Assembly (NCBI GenBank): GCA_003602575.1
Contig: QQRY01000021.1
Span: forward strand, 1 to 59,903
Source: Candidatus Poseidoniales archaeon
GTDB lineage: Archaea > Thermoplasmatota > Poseidoniia > Poseidoniales > Poseidoniaceae
DNA length: 59,903 bases
Direction: 5' to 3'
In this document: positions 1 to 9,666 of the stretch, piece by piece
Numbering within the stretch: the stretch's first letter is position 1
How the letters are laid out: each line of letters opens with the position of its first letter
Position numbers and translations under genes: made by a program
The notes under the pieces: model-generated
What the model was told of the DNA's origin: nothing
Databases searched by the model: none
What the model saw: only the letters and a program-made list of their open reading frames with translations

Positions 1-47
1 GTTCCACATTCTTCGATAGTTGGGTAGTTGTTGAATACTTTTGTCAT
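1..47 (-). CDS. partial CDS (5' end only, runs off window), unknown product
   Basis: ATG at 47-45 overlaps the upstream stop (ATGA coupling); frame MTKVFNNYPTIEECG is open to the window edge. Confidence 0.4.
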   Translation of the reverse strand, partial: MTKVFNNYPTIEECG

Positions 48-889
48 GACTCCACATTTCTTATTGTTTCTCCAAAGTCACTAATTTCATCCCAAGACCT
101 GGCTCTTTCTTCAATTTGATTGATTTTCATTTCTTCTTTAATACTCCCGCCTCTTAATTTTACCAAATTATTTCTACTGAGTAATCTTGGACTTAAACCA
201 GGTAGTATTACTCCAATGGCGCGTGGTACTCTTCCGGGATAAACGTCATTTACATGTGATGCAATATTCGTGGTACAATTGTTGAAAATACTGTTATAGA
301 ATTCTGGTTTCTCGTGTAATCCATTAGTCCTTCTTAGATAAGATTCAAACATCCTACATTGATTTCCTTCGCCTAAGATTACTGCTTCAAAAAGATGTGT
401 TTCTGATTTCCTGCACCTACTTCTAACACCAATTACATCTTCTTCAGTGGCCCAGACATACATTATTTCAAATTCTCTTAAAAGGCCTTTTATAGGGCTA
501 AATTTTTCTCCTGGTTCTCTTCGTACTTCTATTGAGCATGATATTCTTTCTCCATTTTCAAATTCGAAACTCAGCAAAGTATGTGCGACCGGTCTTCTAG
601 TAGGATAGAAATATTCCAATACTAACCAAATTTTAGTACATTCAGAAATCTTAAACCTTTTTTCAATCCAACGTTCATCATAGTCTCTGGTAGTCCTCCA
701 ATTAAAATCTCTCACATTTTTTAGTAAAACATCATCTCCATCAATTTCTGCATAAGCCGTAAATTTATTTTCGTTTACCCAAGAAAGATCATTAGATGGA
801 GTCAGATGTCTAATTCTAGACCAAATCCAAAAAGTCAGAATAATTACTGTAATCAGCAGAGATAATACCGCTGCTGTCAGGTAATTCAT
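44..889 (-). CDS. DUF4105 (Lnb N-terminal-like) membrane-anchored protein
   Basis: N-terminal TM helix; NVRDFNW, AHTLLSF, SIEVRRE and FYNSIFNNCTT motifs typical of DUF4105. Confidence 0.75.
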   Translation of the reverse strand: MNYLTAAVLSLLITVIILTFWIWSRIRHLTPSNDLSWVNENKFTAYAEIDGDDVLLKNVRDFNWRTTRDYDERWIEKRFKISECTKIWLVLEYFYPTRRPVAHTLLSFEFENGERISCSIEVRREPGEKFSPIKGLLREFEIMYVWATEEDVIGVRSRCRKSETHLFEAVILGEGNQCRMFESYLRRTNGLHEKPEFYNSIFNNCTTNIASHVNDVYPGRVPRAIGVILPGLSPRLLSRNNLVKLRGGSIKEEMKINQIEERARSWDEISDFGETIRNVES

Positions 890-937
890 AGCCCTGCTGG
901 GTATGATGTTAACAAGAAACCTCCTATTCTCTAATTA

Positions 938-1024
938 TGGCGCGGCAGGGGAGATTCGAACTCCCGAGGTGAAACACCACTGGATTAGCAATCCAGCGCA
1001 ATGGCCAGGCTATGCGACTGCCGC
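938..1024 (-). tRNA. tRNA-Ser(GCT) with encoded CCA
   Basis: Reverse complement GCGGCAG...CTGGA-TTGCTAA-TCCAG, long variable arm, GTTCGAATC T-loop, CTGCCGC-G-CCA. Confidence 0.95.
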
Positions 1025-1082
1025 AGTAACCTCGCCACTTTAGATTAAGTCATGAACATGACGGTTGTCAAATTTCAAGATT

Positions 1083-2117
1083 TCATAACCCTAAGGGGCC
1101 AAGCCAACCTAGTAAATCAGGTGGTATAATACATATCAGAACTAGAAGAATAAACATCCAACCGAGGTAGTATAACGAACGGAAAAAAGATTTTGCTGCC
1201 TTTGGCATTCTTCCATTAGAATCAAATTCTTCGTTAGGATCTATGTTCCAAACTGATATGGAATACCATAGTGTTAGAACTCCAGCAATAAAAGCCCAGA
1301 GCAACGGGAGCCCTGATTCAGGCCAAAAGCAAGGGACTGAACCAAGTAAAAATAATAAGAAACAATAAATTTTAGATTGTTTTACGGTATATTCTGCACC
1401 TTTCACCTCATTCATCATTGGAACCTCGGCTCTAGCATATTCTCCAGAACGATATAGGGCAAGTGCCCAAAAATGAGGCGGAGTCCATAAAAATATGAGC
1501 GCAAATAGCATCCATGGAATAGGAGAACCTAAATCTAGTGGATTAAGATTGTTTAAGGATTCACCTGCTGCACCAGCCCATCCTATTAGAGGTGGAGTCG
1601 CTCCTGCAATTCCTCCAATCACAATATTTTGTGGCGTCCTTCTCTTTAACCACATAGAGTATATCAAAACGTAGAATGCAACAGAAAAAAATGACCAAAA
1701 AGCGGCTTTCCAATGCAGAAGAAAGAAGACTGATGAACCTAATAATGAAATTATTATTCCAAAAATTAGTGCCCCTACAGGAGAAATATACCCTTGAGGT
1801 ATTGGTCGTTTCTGAGTCCTAGTCATCAATTTATCAATATCTGAATCATACCACATATTTATCGAATTTGAACCTCCTGCAGAAAGAGTCCCTCCAATTA
1901 TTGTGATGATTATGGTGAAAAAGGTATCTGACCAAGTTCTTTCAATTTGTAATAATTCATGCCGAGACAACAGATCGTGAACCAATATGGCACACACTGC
2001 TGTAATTTGAAGTAAAACAATTACTCTTAATTTCATCAATTGGATGAATACTTTGAGCCATCCAGGATGATTTTCGGCACCAGCCTGAGAAGCGACAACA
2101 TCACCCATATAGGTCAC
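1083..2117 (-). CDS. ctaB: protoheme IX farnesyltransferase (heme O synthase)
   Basis: NMWYDSDIDKLMTRTQKRPIP, LKRRTPQNIVIGG and WTPPHFWALAL UbiA/CyoE motifs. Confidence 0.93.
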   Translation of the reverse strand: MTYMGDVVASQAGAENHPGWLKVFIQLMKLRVIVLLQITAVCAILVHDLLSRHELLQIERTWSDTFFTIIITIIGGTLSAGGSNSINMWYDSDIDKLMTRTQKRPIPQGYISPVGALIFGIIISLLGSSVFFLLHWKAAFWSFFSVAFYVLIYSMWLKRRTPQNIVIGGIAGATPPLIGWAGAAGESLNNLNPLDLGSPIPWMLFALIFLWTPPHFWALALYRSGEYARAEVPMMNEVKGAEYTVKQSKIYCFLLFLLGSVPCFWPESGLPLLWAFIAGVLTLWYSISVWNIDPNEEFDSNGRMPKAAKSFFRSLYYLGWMFILLVLICIIPPDLLGWLGPLGL

Positions 2118-3214
2118 TCCGCTTCCGAGTTTATATTTTTTGAGAGTAAAGATAACCTAATCATAAACGGGCAGACTAGAGATACTAAGAAACAAGAAAT
2201 TCCTCCTACTAAATGTAGTAATGATAACCATTCAGGGAAATCACCGGATTTAGCAAATATCAGATAACTAGCTCCAATCAATAAATTCAATAGCCAAAGT
2301 TTACCTGTATTGTGCATATATCTCAGAAAAATTTCAGATTCGGGTGATTCTTTATTTTCTTTCTGGACTTTTATGACTGAGGCGATTAGTATAATTCCGA
2401 TTACTAGAGCACCGATTCTGTGAATCATTTGTATCAAAACACCAGGCCCATCCAAAGAAGGAAGGAATGAGCCATTACATTTCGGCCATCCATTTGGAAA
2501 ACCAACTGAACATGATTGATTGTATTGACCCCCAGCAGTAGAAGAAACCCAAGCGCCTAAAATTAGTAGAAAAAGGATAGATGCTGCAATTGCATCGAAT
2601 CTATTCATGTTCGCCTCAATAAATTGTTTAGATGTTGAGAGGAATTTCCAATCTGCCCCCTCTTTAACTCGCATCAATAAATATTGCCAAATTATTGAGG
2701 CTGAAAAAATACAAGCAAGCGATAGATGTAAGGCCACAGTCCAATCTGCATTATCGAAGAAAACTGTAATCGCCCCTGCGCCGGCTTGAATAATTAGCAT
2801 TGTACCTATGAAAATAGATGAGTAATAATTTGATTTACCATAGGTTTCAATATTTTTTCTTGCTATGAAAAAGTTGGCAATAATTGGTATTGCAATAATT
2901 CCAACTAATAAACGGTGAATCCATTCTAAAAATATCTCAAAAACAGTATATCTATGAAATTCCCCCCTAGAATCAATTTCATCTGGATTCTCATCCCAGT
3001 ACTGTTCTTGTTCTTCAGGTGAAACATCAAACCCATATGTGCCAAAACACTTAGGCCAATCCGGACATGATTCACCTGCATCATTAATTCTTATCGACCC
3101 TCCGGCAACAATAATCAATAGAGCCATTGATAGAATTATCAAAGGTAATGTTGATGGGCGTCGCCACCAAGCAGTGTCCATGGGTAGACGCAAGGGCACG
3201 CCCTTTTTCAACAC
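2114..3214 (-). CDS. ctaA: heme A synthase (COX15/CtaA)
   Basis: CPDWPKC, EWIHR, second C..WPKC and QMIHR motifs; multiple TM helices; coupled to ctaB; start may be MDTAWW at 3181. Confidence 0.9.
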   Translation of the reverse strand: MLKKGVPLRLPMDTAWWRRPSTLPLIILSMALLIIVAGGSIRINDAGESCPDWPKCFGTYGFDVSPEEQEQYWDENPDEIDSRGEFHRYTVFEIFLEWIHRLLVGIIAIPIIANFFIARKNIETYGKSNYYSSIFIGTMLIIQAGAGAITVFFDNADWTVALHLSLACIFSASIIWQYLLMRVKEGADWKFLSTSKQFIEANMNRFDAIAASILFLLILGAWVSSTAGGQYNQSCSVGFPNGWPKCNGSFLPSLDGPGVLIQMIHRIGALVIGIILIASVIKVQKENKESPESEIFLRYMHNTGKLWLLNLLIGASYLIFAKSGDFPEWLSLLHLVGGISCFLVSLVCPFMIRLSLLSKNINSEAE

Positions 3215-3263
3215 ATGCCCGAATTTTCATACAATTATCGGAGCAAAATTTTCTGTTCACATT

Positions 3264-4139
3264 ATGGTTCTTTTTCTAATCATAGCATTTCTCCCAAATC
3301 ATGTCACTTCGGAAGAGGTTGAAAGTCAAGACACCAGAGTATTACTCGATGTAAATGTAATGGATTCGACATGCCTAGATGAAGAATCATGCACATCATG
3401 GAGACCGAATAACTTAATTGAATATTTTGGAGCGGATTGGTGTGAACCTTGTATAGAAGTCGAAGAAGAAATCAGAAGTATTGACTCTAATCAATCGGTC
3501 ATTATTCAACACCACCCTTCCAATAGCGATCAGACATTTTTTATTCAATCTAAAATGAAATTTGAAAATCAGTACAGACTATTGTTTATCCCTTCCATTG
3601 TGGTGAATGGTGAATCATTACTGACTGGCTCCAGTCAAGCTTTAGAGATTAATCAAGTACTTGAAAATCAGAATCAAACATTTAGCGGTATTTCAGATAT
3701 AAGTTATATGAATGGCACACTATACTGGAATGCGAGCGATGGATATAATCTCAATATATGGAAGCTCGAAAATACAATGCATGAATTTGAAAATTATTCT
3801 CACCCTAATCTAGCCACTTCACTTCTTTCTTTCAAATCAGAAAATAAATCTGCTAATATTTCTGAATGGTTAGAAAATTGGGATGGTCGATTAGTATTCA
3901 TGCTTGAAGACATAGGTCCGGCTAAGTTAATTTCTGCATCAACTCTGCCTTCGGGAAACTATGATTTTAACAGTGATGATTCCAAATACTCAGAGGAATT
4001 AAGAAATGAAAAATTAAATCCGTCAACAATAGCGATAATTACAGGTTTGATTATGTTAGCAATACTCCTTCCAGCACTGATTATGTTCCAAGGTTTAAGG
4101 AAACTTGAGCCGGAAGATAAGCCCGAAGAAGAAGAATAA
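3264..4139 (+). CDS. exported thioredoxin-fold protein (WCEPC) with C-terminal membrane anchor
   Basis: Signal-like MVLFLIIAFLP; IEYFGADWCEPC, FIPSIVVNG cis-Pro motif; C-terminal TM; start refined from ORF 3039. Confidence 0.7.
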   Translation: MVLFLIIAFLPNHVTSEEVESQDTRVLLDVNVMDSTCLDEESCTSWRPNNLIEYFGADWCEPCIEVEEEIRSIDSNQSVIIQHHPSNSDQTFFIQSKMKFENQYRLLFIPSIVVNGESLLTGSSQALEINQVLENQNQTFSGISDISYMNGTLYWNASDGYNLNIWKLENTMHEFENYSHPNLATSLLSFKSENKSANISEWLENWDGRLVFMLEDIGPAKLISASTLPSGNYDFNSDDSKYSEELRNEKLNPSTIAIITGLIMLAILLPALIMFQGLRKLEPEDKPEEEE

Positions 4140-4219
4140 ACTCACTCTTGGGCAGGGGTTAGGTTCAAAAACAGTTGATATCACGCTTGCATGCGACTCA
4201 CAGTCGCAGGTGTAAATTT

Positions 4220-4474
4220 ATGGTTAAACCAGCTAGACTACATACCCGCTTCGAACGTGCTAGAATAATTGGGGCAAGAGCCTTACAAATTGGAATGGGG
4301 GCGCCTCTTTATGCTGGAGAAGATGACCTACGTGACGCATTCAAAGAAGAATTAATTTCTCTATATGGATTTGAAGAAGCATCTGTCAGGTATGTTTTGG
4401 ATCCTCTAAAGATTGCTCTTTACGAATATGAGCATGAGTTGATACCAATCGATATCGACCCTCACGAAGATTGA
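4220..4474 (+). CDS. rpoK: DNA-directed RNA polymerase subunit K (Rpo6)
   Basis: [21 protein letters not shown] signature. Confidence 0.93.
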   Translation: MVKPARLHTRFERARIIGARALQIGMGAPLYAGEDDLRDAFKEELISLYGFEEASVRYVLDPLKIALYEYEHELIPIDIDPHED

Positions 4475-4475
4475 T

Positions 4476-5567
4476 TCAATTATTAGAATTAAATCCATAA
4501 TATTCGGGTTTCTCCAAGTCTGGGAGATTCTCTCTTTTTACCAAAATTGTTCTTACGGCCCATAAATCTACAAAAATTCTGTAATTTAGAGTCGCATCTA
4601 GATAATCAACTCCACTCGAACCACCTGTACCCATTCTTCTACCAATCATTCGTTCTACCATCCTAGCGTGTGAATTTCTAAACAATAGCATTGATTGTTC
4701 AAGTTCAACTACTGAATCGATTAGAATTCTAGGCCATGATAGAAGAGGTAGTTCTCTGTAAGATTCAATGAATAATAATCCTGCTCTTGAGCGATTGACT
4801 ACACCTTCTGGCCTAAGGAAACTCTCAGCTTGTTCGATTGAAGCCTCCATTCTTGGACGTACTTTCGACTCTACTCCATGACCAATTTCCACTATGTGTG
4901 AAATTACAGATTCGGCATGTTCCTTCATTGCATTAATGTGACTATCTACAAATTGTGATACAACTTCAGAGTCATTTTCATCACCAATTAATGAACCATT
5001 GATTGGCGTTCTAGAAAGCCAATTCTCTAATGATTCTCGAATTGAAGGTTGATTGGAAACCATCTCAAAATTATCAAGGGTGTTCTTGGAGATTTTACCC
5101 TCTTCAGCTAGTGCCTTCATATGTTTTAAAGGATTCATTCCTCCATAATTCTCATGCTCTAATCCTAGAAGAACTTCAAGTTCCCTCATTTGCCATGACT
5201 CGAAACCAGAAGAAGTCCCTAATCGATCTCTAAATGCGAGGAATTCTTGTGGGGCCAATGTTTCCATTACTTTCCATTGATGAGACATAAGATCAAAAAT
5301 TGAAGTGACGCGCTCTAAATGATGTACCAATTTGGGCATTACCTTTTCTTCAACTTTAGTTGAGTTTAAGATCAAATTCGCTTGTTTTAATTCTGATAAA
5401 ATCAATTTAAACCATAATTCAAACGCTTGGTGAACGATAATGAAGTGTGTTTCATCATTACATGGTTGTGGAAAATACCCCTCGGGACCTTCCTGTAATC
5501 GTAATAACTCTTCCAGTCTTAGATAACCCCCGTAGGTCATTCTCTGCCCAGATGGTACTTCAGCCAT
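4476..5567 (-). CDS. kynA: tryptophan 2,3-dioxygenase
   Basis: YGGYLRLEELL, DETHFIIVHQAFELWFK, SGFESWQMR and GTGGSSGVDYL motifs; start refined to MAEVP. Confidence 0.92.
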   Translation of the reverse strand: MAEVPSGQRMTYGGYLRLEELLRLQEGPEGYFPQPCNDETHFIIVHQAFELWFKLILSELKQANLILNSTKVEEKVMPKLVHHLERVTSIFDLMSHQWKVMETLAPQEFLAFRDRLGTSSGFESWQMRELEVLLGLEHENYGGMNPLKHMKALAEEGKISKNTLDNFEMVSNQPSIRESLENWLSRTPINGSLIGDENDSEVVSQFVDSHINAMKEHAESVISHIVEIGHGVESKVRPRMEASIEQAESFLRPEGVVNRSRAGLLFIESYRELPLLSWPRILIDSVVELEQSMLLFRNSHARMVERMIGRRMGTGGSSGVDYLDATLNYRIFVDLWAVRTILVKRENLPDLEKPEYYGFNSNN

Positions 5568-5678
5568 GACATGGCATCGGCTCCTAAGACTTGAACTCTT
5601 CACTAGAATTAGATTTTTGAATAGGAAAATGAACAACTAAATTTATTCAAAAATCAATAATAAATACATAATGCTCAT

Positions 5679-6815
5679 ATGGCTAATACGAAACCCCTCG
5701 ACATGGGCGTAGATACTGACTTGTTGGCAAGTTGGCTTGCAGACTACGACAAAGACAAACTCACTATCGGAGTTGTTGCTTCTCACTCTTCTTTACAAAT
5801 CCTACATGGTGCCAAGAAAGAAGGCTTCAGAACTTTGGGGATTGCAGTTGGTGAAAACCGTAGGAGATTCTACAAAGCATTCCCTGGAGCTGAACCAGAT
5901 GAATGGCTAATGCTAGAAAATTATAGAGAAATGTTAGATTATGCTGAGTGGTTTAGAGAAAGAAATGTGATTATAATTCCCCACGGTTCTTTAGTAGAAT
6001 ATTTGGGTGCTACAAATTACAAAAGTCTCCAAGTACCTACATTTGGTAATAGAGGTATTTTACATTGGGAAAGTAGTAGGCATAGACAAAGGTTATGGTT
6101 GGAGGATGGTGGCTGTGACATGCCTAAAGTTTTGGAAGACCCTAGAGATATAGATGGGCCTGTAATTGTAAAGTATGCCGGTGCTAAAGGAGGAAGAGGG
6201 TACTTTATAGCAAGAGATTATCGAGATTTTCGAAGAAATGTAGACATTGAAGAGGAATTTACTATTCAAGAATATGTACTTGGATGTAGATATTATCTAC
6301 ATTTCTTCTTTGACCCAACCGCAGATGATGGTTTCCAAGTACAAGGACGAAAATCAAATGCTGGCAAAAACCTAGGTCGCTTAGAGTTACTTTCCATGGA
6401 TCGAAGAGATGAATCTAATGTTGACGAATTTTACAAATTGGGTTCGCTTAGGGACTTGAGAGAAATGAATCTGGAACCTTCCTTTGTGGTAACTGGTAAT
6501 CAGCCAGTGGTAATCCGTGAATCTTTGTTACCAAGGGCTTTTGAAATGGCCGAAGGAACTATTGCAGCCTCCTTTGAACTCGAAGAAGGAAGTAGGGGGA
6601 TGATTGGTCCATTCTGCTTAGAAACAATAGTGACCGATAAACTAGAATTCAAAGTATTTGAGATAAGTGCTAGAATAGTAGCTGGTTCAAATCCATTTGT
6701 TGGAGGTTCACCTTACTCCGACATCAACGAAGAGAGAATGTCTACTGGAAGAAGAATCGCTCGTTCTATCAAGAAAGCCAGTGAAAATGACAGATTACTA
6801 GATATTTTATCTTAA
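5679..6815 (+). CDS. purP: FAICAR synthetase (formate-dependent, ATP-grasp)
   Basis: ASHSSLQILHGAKKEGF, IPHGS, GAKGGRGYF, GPFCLET and FEISARIVAG motifs. Confidence 0.9.
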   Translation: MANTKPLDMGVDTDLLASWLADYDKDKLTIGVVASHSSLQILHGAKKEGFRTLGIAVGENRRRFYKAFPGAEPDEWLMLENYREMLDYAEWFRERNVIIIPHGSLVEYLGATNYKSLQVPTFGNRGILHWESSRHRQRLWLEDGGCDMPKVLEDPRDIDGPVIVKYAGAKGGRGYFIARDYRDFRRNVDIEEEFTIQEYVLGCRYYLHFFFDPTADDGFQVQGRKSNAGKNLGRLELLSMDRRDESNVDEFYKLGSLRDLREMNLEPSFVVTGNQPVVIRESLLPRAFEMAEGTIAASFELEEGSRGMIGPFCLETIVTDKLEFKVFEISARIVAGSNPFVGGSPYSDINEERMSTGRRIARSIKKASENDRLLDILS

Positions 6816-6829
6816 TCGAATTTACTATT

Positions 6830-8701
6830 TCAATCATCTTCTTCCAATTCAACTTGAACCTCTGGTTCTACTTCTTCCGGATCTTTTGTGATAGAAACTG
6901 AATCATTAGAATCTACATTTTGCTGAATCTCTGTAGCTTGTTCAATGGATAAACCCATTGCATCTGCAACTTCTTCAATGGAAACTTCGTCATTACCGGA
7001 TTTCTCAAATTTATTTGTAATCGCTCTCATTTGCTCTCTTAATTCTTCTAATTTAGCATTCCTTTCTTCTGTAGTAGGAACTGAAAATTGTGCTACAAGT
7101 TTGATTGGATCTCCATGAGATAGTTCTCCATTAAATTCCATTAAGTCACCAATATTGTTGATTATTACTTGGAATTTAGTCGGATCACGTGTTCTTCGCT
7201 TTTTGTGCTTCTTGTAATGGTGAACATAAACTTGGTATTCACCAGGTTGGGCTGTTTCATCATCCCAAACTACATTTTCGACTGGTTTCTTAGTCTCAGG
7301 CCTTACATTAGCATCTACGTCAAGTTCACCGCCGCAAGCAGAAATCTTGTTCCCACCATGAATTCTTTCACCAGAAGGGCAAACTACGTGTAAATCCAAA
7401 TCATTGTAATTATTCCACATCAATGAGACTTGGACATCTCCAGATCTAGCACCCTCTCTATCCAACCTTTCTTGTAATTCCGACATTGCATTCTCAGCAG
7501 CTTGTCTAGATTCCATCTCTTCTTGTTGCTTGGCTAATTCAACTTCTGCCATTCTTTGTTCTTCAATCGCAGCCATCTCATTCTGTCTTTGCTGTTCTTC
7601 TTCAGCACGTTCATTCTCTAATCTTTGAGATTCTTCTGCTTCTTGGCGCATTTTCAATTCCATTTGATTCTTAGAAAATTCTTCCTGCTCACTACGCTCC
7701 GGGACATCAAATTGACATACTAATTTGATTGGATCGCCATGAGTCAATTCACCATGGTATTCTCTAAAGTCTCCAACATTATTGACAATAATTTGGAATT
7801 TAGTTGGATCACGTGTTTTTCGCTTTCTATGCTTCTTGTAATGGTGAACATATACTTGATATGAACCCGGAGATGCTGATGTGCCCTGCCATACTACATT
7901 CTCAACTGGCTTTTTAGTCTCTGCTCTAACATTTGCATCAACATCTAACTCTCCTCCACATCCAGAAACCTTATTTCCGCCGTGGATTCTTTCACCAGAT
8001 GGACAGACGACGTGAAGATCTAGATCATTGTAATTCTCCCACATAAGGGAAATCTGTACATCTCCACTCATTGCACCTTCTCTTGCTAATCTCTCTTGTA
8101 ATTCAGCCATAGCAGCCTCTGCAGCAGCTCTTGATTCCATCTCTTCTTGCATTCTCGCTGCTTCTACTTCGGCCAACCTCTGTTCTTCGGCTGCTGACAA
8201 TTCAAGTTGACGAAGTTCTTCTCTCTCTGCCTGTAAGCGCGCTTCTTCTTCTTCACGCTCCCTTGAAAGTCTTTCATCTTCTTCTTTTCTTCTACGCTCG
8301 GAATCTTCTGCTTCTAGACGCTGACGTTCTTCTTCCTCACGCCTACGAGCTTCTTGTTCTTCGGCAAGTCTACGTTGCTCTTCACGACGAAGTCTCTCTC
8401 TTTGAGCCTCTTCTTCTAGCAAACGTACTTGTTCAGAAGCGATTCTTTCAGCTTCTTGTACTGCAAGTCGAGAATCTATAATCTGTTGGCGACGCTTTCG
8501 GTCTTCAACCAAGGCCAATTTGCGGTCAATTTCTTGTTTTGTTTGGCCAAAACTAGGAGCGCCACTACCTTGCCTCAATCCTTCAGCGGACATTCCGGGA
8601 CGCATGTTCAACTTAGCATCTTTTCTGACTAGAATGTACCACATACCTAGCAAAAAACCGCCACCCATGAGAGCCATCACACCCAAAGAAGCCGTATCCA
8701 T
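6830..8701 (-). CDS. membrane-anchored coiled-coil protein with two YfaP/DUF2135-like domains
   Basis: N-terminal TM, E/R-rich coiled coil, two copies of DVQxSLMWxNYNDLDLHVVCPSGERI...GGELDVDAN...VENVVW. Confidence 0.75.
   Translation of the reverse strand: MDTASLGVMALMGGGFLLGMWYILVRKDAKLNMRPGMSAEGLRQGSGAPSFGQTKQEIDRKLALVEDRKRRQQIIDSRLAVQEAERIASEQVRLLEEEAQRERLRREEQRRLAEEQEARRREEEERQRLEAEDSERRRKEEDERLSREREEEEARLQAEREELRQLELSAAEEQRLAEVEAARMQEEMESRAAAEAAMAELQERLAREGAMSGDVQISLMWENYNDLDLHVVCPSGERIHGGNKVSGCGGELDVDANVRAETKKPVENVVWQGTSASPGSYQVYVHHYKKHRKRKTRDPTKFQIIVNNVGDFREYHGELTHGDPIKLVCQFDVPERSEQEEFSKNQMELKMRQEAEESQRLENERAEEEQQRQNEMAAIEEQRMAEVELAKQQEEMESRQAAENAMSELQERLDREGARSGDVQVSLMWNNYNDLDLHVVCPSGERIHGGNKISACGGELDVDANVRPETKKPVENVVWDDETAQPGEYQVYVHHYKKHKKRRTRDPTKFQVIINNIGDLMEFNGELSHGDPIKLVAQFSVPTTEERNAKLEELREQMRAITNKFEKSGNDEVSIEEVADAMGLSIEQATEIQQNVDSNDSVSITKDPEEVEPEVQVELEEDD
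7080..8190 (-). repeat. intragenic tandem duplication, about 624-bp (208-aa) offset
   Basis: ATTCTTTCACCAGA at 7362 and 7986; near-identical protein domains with synonymous divergence. Confidence 0.85.
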
Positions 8702-8859
8702 GTCGACCCCATATCGAACATGTCTATTGAAGCATCGGTCAAAAGTATATGATTTGACTATTGGAAGAGTATTTTTTTGTTGTTTTTTGTGAAATTTATC
8801 AATAAATCTTCCTTTTTAAAAAAGCAAAGCATTGAGAGGGGGGAACTGTTGGCACTATC

Positions 8860-9657
8860 ATGGGCAAAGCCGACTTGTTGTCTAAGATTCTACCTGGTGG
8901 ACGAGGTGTTTGGATACCTATCGACCATGGAGTTACGGACTTCCCTGTTGAAGGATTAACAGATGTTGAATCTACCATAAAGTCATTGATCTCTGCTGGA
9001 GTAGATGCTATTATTGCGCACAAAGGCCTTGTTGGACATTATCATAAATTATGTGAAAATACAAATACGAATATGATAGTTCACCTCTCTGCATCGACAA
9101 GACATGGAGGTATAGAATCCTCAAACAAAGTATTGGTGGGTAGTGTTGATGAAGTGCGCAAAAGAGGCGGCATTGGAGTTTCATGTCAAGTCAATTTAGG
9201 AAGTGAGAAGGAGCCTGAAATGATGGAGAGAATGGGTGAAGTCAGTCGTCAAGCATTACTTGAAGGAATTCCTATGTTTGGTATGGTATACGCCAGAGGA
9301 CCTAATCTGAACATCATGGAAGATGATGAAACAAATGGATATTCGCATGCAGCAAGATTGGCATTTGAATTAGGTTGTGATGCTGCAAAGACAGTTTGGA
9401 CCGGAGACAAAGAGAGCTTCACTCAAATCACAAATTCGGCCCCTATACCGCTTCTTGTAGCAGGAGGCCCATCCACTGGTGATAGTCGAGCTATTTTGAC
9501 AATGGTGCGAGATGCAATGGACTCGGGGGCCTCTGGAGTCTGTATGGGGAGGCAAGTTTTTGGCCATCCTCAAGTCGAATCTATTGCCAGAGCAATCGTA
9601 ATGTTAGTGCACCAAGATGCATCTGTGGATGAAGCAATAATGAAATGCTCTTTGTGA
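8860..9657 (+). CDS. aroA': 2-amino-3,7-dideoxy-D-threo-hept-6-ulosonate synthase (DhnA-type aldolase, AroA')
   Basis: IPIDHG, MVYARGP, ARLAFELGCDAAKT, VAGG and GRQVF motifs; directly upstream of DHQ synthase II. Confidence 0.85.
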   Translation: MGKADLLSKILPGGRGVWIPIDHGVTDFPVEGLTDVESTIKSLISAGVDAIIAHKGLVGHYHKLCENTNTNMIVHLSASTRHGGIESSNKVLVGSVDEVRKRGGIGVSCQVNLGSEKEPEMMERMGEVSRQALLEGIPMFGMVYARGPNLNIMEDDETNGYSHAARLAFELGCDAAKTVWTGDKESFTQITNSAPIPLLVAGGPSTGDSRAILTMVRDAMDSGASGVCMGRQVFGHPQVESIARAIVMLVHQDASVDEAIMKCSL

Positions 9658-9666
9658 GGTGCTAAT

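Noticed and set aside
938-1024. tRNA as an integration site for an island
   Set aside because: No integrase, and no duplicated tRNA 3' end noticed in the window
3039-3263. N-terminal extension overlapping ctaA on the opposite strand
   Set aside because: More likely an artefact; the signal-peptide-like sequence begins at ATG 3264
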